From an uncultured Acidobacteriota bacterium (lineage in GTDB: Bacteria; Acidobacteriota; Terriglobia; Terriglobales; Acidobacteriaceae), in NCBI GenBank assembly GCA_963762385.1, contig CAVXKN010000005.1, forward strand, positions 62,245-126,244: 64,000 nt of DNA, in the 5' to 3' direction. A program made the position numbers and the translations under genes. Below the pieces are notes generated by a model. The model was not told the DNA's origin, did not search any database, and worked only from the letters and a program-made list of their open reading frames with translations. Within the stretch, counting starts at the first letter, position 1, and each line of letters opens with the position of its first letter. Positions 18,462 to 26,450 of the stretch are shown piece after piece.

Positions 18462-19114
18462 TTACTCGAACATCCAGCCCGAGAGTCCGTGTTTTTGATA
18501 AAGCAAACGCAACTTGTCGCGCTCTATGCACTCTTCATCTGAACACGAGCGAGCCTTGGTAAAGTCGCGGTTGGCGATAGCCTCTTCCATGCGGTTCACG
18601 ATTGACCTGACCCGGGCCTGCAATTCGACCACATCCTGAGGACGCGGGCCGGGTTCTCTGACGAATTTCTCGGTTTTGGAATCATCGTGCGGGTTTCGTT
18701 TTAGCTCCTCACGAGTCGAGAGCAGACCGAGACCGCGTTCCCGTAGTAACACCGCTGCAAGGCACTTCTCATCGCGAAGTAGGCCGAGCAAAAGATGCTC
18801 AGTGCGAATCTTCTCGGAGGGAAGCTGATCCGCTTCTTCTGTTGCCAGGAACAGCACACACTTGGCAGTGTCGCTGAGCGGAAGGTCTTGGGTGCCCGGA
18901 GCTATGCCATGAACAGGCTTGCTTCGCTCGATCCTTCCCACACTTTTTCCGCAGCCCACGGCGAACCAAAAAAGCGCCGGGCGAGCCCCATATCAGCCCG
19001 AAGTAATCCTAAAAGCAGTTGCCCGGTTTCGATTTCCGGGCTTCCGAGATGGTGTGCCATGTAGCGCGAGAAAAAGATTACGCGCCTTGCCGGTTCGGAA
19101 TAACGTTCAAACAT
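18462..19114 (-). pseudogene. Clp N-terminal (Clp_R repeat) plus UVR-motif protein, frameshifted in an A5 run (18944-18948 on the + strand)
   Basis: Part 1 is MFERYSEPARRVIFFSRYMAHHLGSPEIETGQLLLGLLRAD (19114 downwards). Part 2 is ...DLPLSDTAKCVLFLATEEADQLPSEKIRTEHLLLGLLRDEK plus a UVR-like ANRDFTKARSCSDEECIERDKL in the other frame. Adding one A restores ...GSPWAAEKSVGRIERS... Confidence 0.7.
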
Positions 19115-19347
19115 GGGTTCCTCACAGAAAGTATAGACGGGAATAGAAACGTAACTGTCGAAACCAGGCCCTAGCACTCGTTGAGGGGTTTTGAGCGTAA
19201 TCGGGATGTTACAACAGTTATCCATTTGCTAGGTTTTCTAAAAGGGAGAATGGAGCCGTTAGAAACTGCCGGGATTACTTCCGAGTTGCCAACAATTTCG
19301 GAGAGGAGCGATGTCGTCGCCGACGCCTGTCGACAAGCTGGCGGTTG

Positions 19348-21273
19348 TTATCGAGGCAAACCGATGCGCTGCAACAATTGTTGGAAGCGGGGATCGGATC
19401 TAATGCTAGCTTCGAGTGGCGTTCTGTTTATAAGAATAAGTCCGCCGTCGCGGTGCTTATACTGGACATCCAGCACTTCGAAAGCACGATCAAGGTCTCC
19501 CATCGCTGCATAGAGACCCGCTGTAGATCCTGCGTCGGGCAGAACGCCGCCCGGGCTATTCTTGGCCGCTCTCCTCATACAGTCCTGCGCCTTGGTCTTT
19601 TTTCCCGCCAGCATGTATGTGGTTGCCAAATCCAACAACATCCAGAGATTGTCACCAGAGAGAGCGGCCGCCCGCTCTCCTTCGGCGATGGCCTCGGGAA
19701 ACATGTGTTGTTGGGCGTAAATCTGCCCGAGCACACGGTGCGCGTGGGCGAAATTTGGGTCCATGTCAATCGTGGCGCGGGCCTGTTGAACCGCCTCGTC
19801 ATACCTGTGCGCCCAGTAAAGCATCTCCGCCATATCCGTATTGATGATGGCCGAAAGCGGATCAGTGTCACGAGCACGTTTTACCTCTGCCACGGCTTCG
19901 TTCATCTGTCCCAGTGCCGCCAGATCGATTGCGTACCATTGATGAGCAATGGAATAGTTGGGATTGAGATCAATGGCGCGTTTGAATTCCTCTTCCGCCT
20001 CTCGAAATTTCCACTCGTAATGCATTTCCACAAACGCCAGCGAAGTGTGCGCATCCGCGAGAGAATCGTCGAGGTTTATTGCGGTAACCGCCATCTCTCT
20101 TGCTTTGGGCATTGCTATATCGCGGATCCTCGTGTCGGGCAATGAACCAAGCAGGGCGTAAGCATCAGCCAGACCGGCGTAAGCCTGTGCATATTTCGGG
20201 TCTTCGGCGACCGCCGCCTGAAAATACTCGATCGCCTTGAGGTATCCCGCCTCACTGCGGAGATTCCAGAAGTACCGGCCTTTCAAGTAGTTCTCGCGAG
20301 CTTGGGGACTGACCACAGTCGAGGCCGCCAGCCGCTGCGGCACCGGCGGTGCGATTTCCTTCTGTATTTGCCTTGCGATGCTGCGCGAAACTTCGTCTTG
20401 CAGGGTGACCAGGTCGCGCAGGTCGCGTTCGTAGGACTCAGCCCACATGTGCTGATCGGTTGCGGCGCGCACTAGCTGTGCGGTGATGCGGACTCGATCC
20501 CCGGAGCGCAGCACCGCGCCTTCAATGATTCCATCGACACCCAACTCCCGGGCAATTTGCGGCAGCCTCTCGTGCGAATCTTTGTACCGCATGATCGAGG
20601 TGCGGGAGATGACTTTAAGACCGGGAATCTTCGCCAGATCGGTAATCAAAGCCTCGGTCATGCCGTCGGCAAAATACTGCTCCGCAGGGTCAGCCGAGAG
20701 ATTTTGCAGTGGCAGTACCGCCAGCGACCGTATGGGCTCGGCCCCGGCACTGCGGAGGCGCTTCCACACTGGCCACGTCAAGATCAAAACCGCCAGCAAT
20801 ACAGACAGTACGGCAATCGAGTAGGTCAGACTCAGGAAGCGATGCCGGGGAGGGACATTGTCACGAACTGCACTTTCAGGAACCCCGGAAGACGATTGTG
20901 AGCTGCCCGGAGCTGACAAAACGTTGGTATCCGAGGCAATGCTGCCAACCTCTCGAACCTGCGCAATGAACCGATACCCACGCCTGGGGACAGTTTCGAT
21001 GTATCGCGAGCCGTCTTCTCCGTCCTGCAATGCTTTGCGCAATACCGAGACATGCTGGGCCAGGTTCGATTCTTCGACGAAGGTATCCGGCCAGACCTTT
21101 CGCAGCAGTTCGTCTTTTTCGAGCAGGTGTCCTCGATTCTGAACCAAAACTACCAAGGCGTCGAACGCCTTCGGGGGTAGGTGTACCGGTGCCTGGTCGC
21201 GAAGCAGCAGCCGCTCGGCGGGATTCAAGCGAAATGAGCCGAACTCGAAGATCATCTTTGTCTGCGCGGACAT
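19348..21273 (-). CDS. CadC/OmpR-type winged-helix transcriptional regulator with a TM segment, TolB_N-like domain and TPR repeats
   Basis: FEFGSFRLNPAERLLLRD...YIETVPRRGYRFIA (wHTH). TM segment LSLTYSIAVLSVLLAVLILTW. Then SLAVLPLQNLSADPAEQYFADGMTEALITDL, followed by multiple TPR-like repeats. Confidence 0.85.
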   Translation of the reverse strand: MSAQTKMIFEFGSFRLNPAERLLLRDQAPVHLPPKAFDALVVLVQNRGHLLEKDELLRKVWPDTFVEESNLAQHVSVLRKALQDGEDGSRYIETVPRRGYRFIAQVREVGSIASDTNVLSAPGSSQSSSGVPESAVRDNVPPRHRFLSLTYSIAVLSVLLAVLILTWPVWKRLRSAGAEPIRSLAVLPLQNLSADPAEQYFADGMTEALITDLAKIPGLKVISRTSIMRYKDSHERLPQIARELGVDGIIEGAVLRSGDRVRITAQLVRAATDQHMWAESYERDLRDLVTLQDEVSRSIARQIQKEIAPPVPQRLAASTVVSPQARENYLKGRYFWNLRSEAGYLKAIEYFQAAVAEDPKYAQAYAGLADAYALLGSLPDTRIRDIAMPKAREMAVTAINLDDSLADAHTSLAFVEMHYEWKFREAEEEFKRAIDLNPNYSIAHQWYAIDLAALGQMNEAVAEVKRARDTDPLSAIINTDMAEMLYWAHRYDEAVQQARATIDMDPNFAHAHRVLGQIYAQQHMFPEAIAEGERAAALSGDNLWMLLDLATTYMLAGKKTKAQDCMRRAAKNSPGGVLPDAGSTAGLYAAMGDLDRAFEVLDVQYKHRDGGLILINRTPLEASIRSDPRFQQLLQRIGLPR

Positions 21274-21593
21274 AAGGCATTCACAAAAGCTATAGAAAAA
21301 CTTTATGCAAGCCTAAAGACCACTAAACGGTTTTACGGCTAATGTACAGGGCGCGACGGGGGAACCCGATCGGGGCTAATTGCGCCGGGCGCTTCACATT
21401 CTACACCCCTGAGAACCCACGCCTATGGCGGCAATTCGCTGGGGTTGGCTTCCTTCAGCGATGGGGGTGGTGCCGGATTTCGAGGACCAGTTTCCGTCTT
21501 TCGCATAGTTTTCGCCACGCGTCGAAGCTTGGCCGATGCCATTTGCGGGACGGACTGGCTGCTGTTAGCACACTAGCTTCTAAGGAGGGTTCT

Positions 21594-22607
21594 ATGGTCC
21601 GCATTAGCGTTTGGTTATGTATGATTGCGCTTCTCGTTTGTACTCTGCCCATGGCCGCTCAGCAATCCGCAAGTCCCGATGAGCCGGGAGCCACCGTCAG
21701 CGGCTCGGGCACCAAGGACTTCATTCCCATCTGGACCAACAGCACGACGCTGGGGAGTTCGGTGCTATTCCAGTTGGGCGCGGGAGCCAAGGCCAAGGTG
21801 GGCATCGGCACCACGACACCAAAATCCACGCTGGATGTGAAAGGCGGAGGCACGATCCGCGGGTTGTTTAGCTTGCCGGCGACCGGCACGGCTACGACGA
21901 CTACAGGCTTTAACTCGCAGCCCATTAATCTGGCGGCTTCGGTGTTCAACAGCACCGTTGGCGCAGCTGTCAATCAGAACTTCCAGTGGCAAGCCGCGCC
22001 GGTGGGCAACGACACCGACACTGCAACGGGATTGCTGAATCTGCTGTACTTCCCCGGAACCTCCTCGCCAACAGAGATTTTGAGCATCGCCAGTAACGGA
22101 CAGATCACGTTCGCCGCTGGGCAGACTTATCCGGGAGCCGGAACGGTGACCAGCGTCGGGAGCGGACTGGGCCTGACGGGGGGACCGATCACGACCAGCG
22201 GCACACTGGCAATCAACACTGCCGTGGTTCCCCAGTTGGGCACGGCAAACACCTTCACGGGCAATCAGACAGTGAATGGCAATGTGAGCGTTGTTGGCGG
22301 CGTTATCTCTGTCGGCGGGTCGAGAGCCCTGAGTTGCACGCGCAACTGCGGGGCTATAGGCTCCATCCCCAGCCCTGGCACCTCAACTTATTCCACGGGT
22401 AAAATCGCGGCCCCACCCGGGTATTCGCTGACGGGCTGCAGCGCGTATTGGGCAAGCAGCACCTCCTGCGGGACAATCGTGTATCCGAATAACGTAAATT
22501 TAAACGCGCTTGACGATGGCGCTGGGGCGTGCCACGCGATGGGATATAACAACAGCGGCGGTACTCTTGCGTCCTGCGCCTGCGCGACTGCCTGTCAGCT
22601 GCCTTAA
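21594..22607 (+). CDS. secreted protein with a tail-fibre-like N-terminal region and a Cys-rich C-terminal domain
   Basis: SD AAGGAGGG precedes ATG 21594, and the signal peptide is MVRISVWLCMIALLVCTLPMAAQQ. KVGIGTTTPKSTLDVKGG and TFTGNQTVNGNVSV are motifs common in tail-fibre-like proteins. The last ~90 aa contain 8 Cys. Confidence 0.65.
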   Translation: MVRISVWLCMIALLVCTLPMAAQQSASPDEPGATVSGSGTKDFIPIWTNSTTLGSSVLFQLGAGAKAKVGIGTTTPKSTLDVKGGGTIRGLFSLPATGTATTTTGFNSQPINLAASVFNSTVGAAVNQNFQWQAAPVGNDTDTATGLLNLLYFPGTSSPTEILSIASNGQITFAAGQTYPGAGTVTSVGSGLGLTGGPITTSGTLAINTAVVPQLGTANTFTGNQTVNGNVSVVGGVISVGGSRALSCTRNCGAIGSIPSPGTSTYSTGKIAAPPGYSLTGCSAYWASSTSCGTIVYPNNVNLNALDDGAGACHAMGYNNSGGTLASCACATACQLP

Positions 22608-22780
22608 AGGGTTGGAGCACTAACGGGCAGTAATCGGCTTTGGTCCGGGATTTTTTTCCACGTACGGGTTGGCACAGGTGGCATATGTGTCAACCCGGCT
22701 CTTTCTTGATTTCGCAAAACTCGCCGGGTGCCCCATTTCTCGCGTTTCTTTGCGAGAAGTGGGGCCTCTTTTCTCTAATC

Positions 22781-22930
22781 CTACGCGATCCCCAACTGTT
22801 TCTGAATTTCCTGCAGCGGCACGCCCTTCGTCTCCGGAACCATGGTCTTCACCCAAATGAGTTGCAGAACCATCATTCCCGCTATCAGTTTTGACGGCAA
22901 AGGAAACGTGAACGGAGTCGATTCCATTAA
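22781..22930 (-). pseudogene. 3'-terminal stub of an MFS sugar-porter gene (last TM helix plus tail only)
   Basis: ...LIAGMMVLQLIWVKTMVPETKGVPLQEIQKQLGIA matches the conserved sugar-porter C-terminus (PETKG..LEEI). There is no upstream transporter body. Confidence 0.55.
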
Positions 22931-23303
22931 CTTCAGTTGGGGCGGAGCTAGAGCAATCCATTGAAGCGATTCTTGGACCGATTCATCAGCCATTTTTCAA
23001 TGCTTCGTGAATGAATCTATCGTCGATCCAGTAGCATTTTTTCAGACCGAGGACTCACGTTTTGACAGCCCGGTCAATGCATTATGAAAGAGCGCCCCGA
23101 TTGAGGGAGGCGAATGGATGGCAGCCGCCTGCGCTCCGCTACGCTGTGCAGGGTTTCGCTCCGCTCCGGCGGCGAGAGAGTAAGTGGGTGCGGTGAGAAA
23201 GAAGAGCAAAGGGGGCGTAGGCAGATCGGCAAGAGGAATGGCACTGTACCTTGGGAGAAGATAAGCGTTGGCACGAATGATCTTCCCCCAAGGAGGCAAC
23301 TGC

Positions 23304-24002
23304 ATGAGTCGCGACATCAAGTATATCGGCATGAACGTGCACAAGGAAGCGGTGGTGATCACTGTCCTTAATAGCGGTGGCAAGCTGGTCATGGAGTCGA
23401 TTGTCGAAACCAAAGCCAGCAGCATTCTGCAGTTTATCGACGGTCTGCGGGGCGAGTTGCAGGTGACCTGGGAAGAAGGCCTGGGCGGCTTGGCTCTACG
23501 ATCTGCTGCAACCCCAAGTGGCGCGAGTGCTGGTCTGCGATCCGCGGCGCAATGCCTTATTGAAGGAAGGGAGCAAGAGCGACAAGGTAGACGCGCGCAA
23601 ACTGGCCGACTTGTTGCGCACGGGAATGCTGCGCCCGGTCTATCATGGGGAACACGGACTGCGGACGCTGCGCGAGTTGGGGCGCAGCTATCAGACCCTC
23701 AGCCAAGACCTGAACCGAGTGATGAATCGGATCAAAGCTCTGTATCGCGGCTGGAGCATTCCTTGTGCAGGTACCCAGGTGTATGCTCCGCGCGGTATCG
23801 GGAAGAGTGGCTACAGAAGATCGAGCATGCCGGCGTGCATCGGCGTGCCGAGCTACTCTATCAACAGTTGGATGGATTGCAGGGATTGCGACGAACCCTG
23901 CGCCCTGAGTTGCTGGCGGAGAGCCGGAAACAACCTCGATTTCACTGCCTTCAAGGGACTCATGCGGCGTCTTCCAGATCGCACGCTCGTGTACGCAACT
24001 GA
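23304..24002 (+). pseudogene. IS110-family (DEDD) transposase remnant with at least 2 frameshifts and no C-terminal domain
   Basis: MSRDIKYIGMNVHKEAVVITVL...VTWEEG in frame 0. WAAWLYDLLQPQVARVLVCDPRRNALLKEGSKSDKVDARKLADLLRTGML...NRIKALYRGWSIPCAG in frame +1. YREEWLQKIEHAGVHRRAELLYQQLD...LLAESRK back in frame 0. Nothing resembling the Transposase_20 domain follows. Confidence 0.75.
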
Positions 24003-24461
24003 ATACGAGGAAAGGCTTCGACAGTACGAATCGCAGTTGAAGGAGAAGAGTGACAGCACCGACAAGGACAATTGGTAGGGCAGGTCTGTCTCAACTGGCG
24101 AAATCAGGCCGTTACACTCAAACCCCTGTGTCGGCATAGGATTCGCCATCGATCTCGACCGCCCTATCGTGAGGATGGAATTAGGGTCATCCGCTCAGGC
24201 CGGTCAGGTGTTGCAACCAAGCCGTTTACAGTCATTGACTCGGTTGTGACACACCTCTCCAAGCTGCTAGAAGAACCATCCCGACCGCGAGCATTACTCC
24301 ACCAATTGCCGCCGCAACCGGCCAACTGGCTGTCGTTTCTCGAAGCGAACGCCGGTCTGGCGTTTATTTTCCGAGTCCTTGTATGGCATGAGTTTGTTCT
24401 CCTTATTCTTGAGAAAACGCACGACCCTCAAATACGGCGAAATCGTGTTCCCTCCAAATCG

Positions 24462-25013
24462 TTAAACCGTCTTCTTATTATTCTTCTTGCTTCCATTCCG
24501 ACGGGTAGCCTCATTGATGAATCTGACTACCCTTGCGAATGTGATTCGCTTCACCGCTTCGCCACGAACGATTGCCATAATAGTCTTGCTATCTACTTGG
24601 GTCGTACGGGCTGTCTTCCGAATGCCCATCTCCGCGATTCGTTCTCTAGTCTGCACGTTGGCAATCAATTTGCCGTCACTGTATTCCGCGCATCGGAAGT
24701 CCACCATGCTCGGGTCATCTCCCTGCTCCCAGCGGCGAGATGTCTCCTTGCCAACATAACGATGACGATTGGCAACAATATGACTCCGAAAGAGTAGCCC
24801 ACGGGTAATGCTGTCACAGGGATTCCCGTCCCGACCCAAGAATTTGGCTTCCGGATGTTCTCGATACGCACCGAGAATGTTTCCGTAGCACTTAACCTCA
24901 ACCTTCTTTGTCCGACCCTCCGGATCTAAAAGGCAGATGGGGTGCCTCTTTCCACTGTGAGTATCTGTTGCTCGTGTGTTTAACCATTCGTTCCGCTGCT
25001 TGGAGAACGGCAT
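24462..25013 (-). CDS. hypothetical protein with a C-terminal HTH-like segment and basic tail
   Basis: The ORF has coherent coding character. IAEMGIRKTARTTQVDSKTIMAIVRGE looks like an HTH. The start is uncertain: ORF track start is 25172, and MPFSK at 25013 is chosen here. Confidence 0.45.
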   Translation of the reverse strand: MPFSKQRNEWLNTRATDTHSGKRHPICLLDPEGRTKKVEVKCYGNILGAYREHPEAKFLGRDGNPCDSITRGLLFRSHIVANRHRYVGKETSRRWEQGDDPSMVDFRCAEYSDGKLIANVQTRERIAEMGIRKTARTTQVDSKTIMAIVRGEAVKRITFARVVRFINEATRRNGSKKNNKKTV

Positions 25014-25101
25014 GATAAGACTGAAGTTTGATGAATCCTTCCGGCAGGGTACAGAGTTGGAAACAATAGTGGCACGTGAACAAAATTGAAGGGTCGGGTA
25101 A

Positions 25102-26211
25102 ATCCTTTCAGCATTCCGAGAACTGACGGAGTGCTTACAGTCATGCGCATCATTGCTGGAATCAAGGACCAATCAGGCTTGGGACGGGGCGTCGCCACTT
25201 CGCATTCCAGCACCCAAAGAGATTGTCGAGGCAGCAAGCGGAAGTTTCTACATTGCCCAGATGCTATGTCATGAAACTTGTCTAGCCTCGAAAATTACCG
25301 AGGCGCAGCAGACGAGGCCAACACTCGACGTTAGCTCTGAACTCGTGTTCTCACGAGTCATGGATAATCTCTCACGACGGTTCATGAATTCCGCAATGAA
25401 GTTTGCAGGTGGGCCCCGGCTGCGAAGAGGAGGGCGTGCACCGTATCTACACAAACTCAAGTGGCTTGCCGAGGCGAACGAATGGTCGATTTCGCTGGAT
25501 AGAGAAGTTGCGATGCATCCAGAGCAACGCGGTAGCGCTGGGCAGGTTATCGAGAAAGGTTATCTAGAGGCCTTTTTGAGAGATAATCCAGAAGATTTTG
25601 CCAGTATTCTTCATTACCAGGCTGCAACCCATATTCTGACCGTCGAAGACCCACAGTTCGTTTTCTTTCTGCGAAAACTAAGCTGGAATAAGTTTGCGGG
25701 GCGAGTGGGCTACCTCAATATACGGTTTGACTCGAAGTACGATTTTGCACTTTCTTTTGCGGGCGCGGACCGGGCATTCGCTCAACGTTTGTTCGATTTG
25801 CTTGCCGAACAGGAGTTCTCTGTCTTCTACGATGCTAATGAACAATCTCGGATACTTGCTGAAAATGTAGAGGACTATCTTGGCCCGATCTAGAAGTCAG
25901 AAGCGAGCTACGTGGTCGCATTCCTAGGTCCCGAATACCCGAAGAAAATTTGGACGAAGTTCGAGTCGGAGCAATTCAAAAGCAGATTCGGAGAAGGCTC
26001 AGTAATACCAATTTGGTTCACAACCGCAAGACCTGGGATTTTTGACGAGACCAGTCGCATTGGGGGCGTAGAGTTCGACCCCAATGCAGATACCGAAGTT
26101 CAGTTGTCCAAAATTGCCGATCTGCTCACGAAAAAAATGTCGGACCGGCTTATGCCCGGAAATCGTCCTGCCGCCCTGGCCCCGGAAAAGGTTGAGGGAG
26201 CGAGTGGGTAG
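25102..26211 (+). pseudogene. 5'-truncated ATPase-associated domain plus C-terminal TIR domain gene, with an in-frame TAG at 25891-25893
   Basis: ORFs 25153-25893 and 25912-26211 are in the same frame (both mod 3 = 1), separated only by a TAG. Joined, they read YDFALSFAGADRAFAQRLFDLLAEQEFSVFYDANEQSRILAENVEDYLGPI*KSEASYVVAFLGPEYPKKIWTKFESEQF..., a bacterial TIR pattern. No P-loop region lies upstream (stop at 25099). Confidence 0.7.
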
Positions 26212-26274
26212 CCGGTCGCGGAGCGGGCGGGCCGAGATATCCTAATCCTTCCTCAGCATTCGTGCTTCCACCGG

Positions 26275-26309
26275 GTGTAGGAATTTTCCCGGCCTCTATA
26301 GCTATCCCC
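26275..26309. repeat. right terminal inverted repeat GTGTAGGAATTTTCCCGGCCTCTATAGCTATCCCC
   Basis: Reverse complement matches 17765-17797. Confidence 0.75.
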
Positions 26310-26325
26310 GTCAATGAACCCCAGG
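26310..26325. repeat. right copy of the 16-bp direct repeat GTCAATGAACCCCAGG
   Basis: Exact match to 17749-17764. Confidence 0.8.
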
Positions 26326-26450
26326 TGTTATGCGCTCAGGCGGCTGGCCCGGTCCCTGACTCGACACAAACGCGGGTCTCGAAAAGAGCAACCAGTGGAT
26401 GAGAAAGATTTGAGGAATCTATTCGGGATCTGACAGAAGTGATTGCTATT

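Larger units (their letters stand above)
17765..26309. mobile_element. putative 8.5-kb inserted island (IR-bounded, DR-flanked) with no intact transposase or integrase
   Basis: DR-IR...IR-DR architecture read directly. The cargo is accessory or decayed genes, and the 24.4-26.2 kb stretch looks AT-richer by eye. Confidence 0.55.

Noticed and set aside
22669-22685. Sigma-54-like promoter TTGGCACAGGTGGCATA.
   Set aside because: The GG-to-GC spacing is 10, not the 12 nt (start to start) required by TGGCAC-N5-TTGCW. No plus-strand gene lies downstream.
24072-24797. 241-aa plus-strand ORF across the IS110 tail and the HTH gene.
   Set aside because: It overlaps the better-supported minus-strand gene, and its translation has no motifs and an odd composition.
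17765-26309. Assigning the island to the Tn3 family because the IRs are ~35 bp and start with GGGG.
   Set aside because: No TnpA or resolvase remnant was recognised inside. The flanking duplication is 16 bp rather than 5 bp. The resemblance is kept only as a remark.
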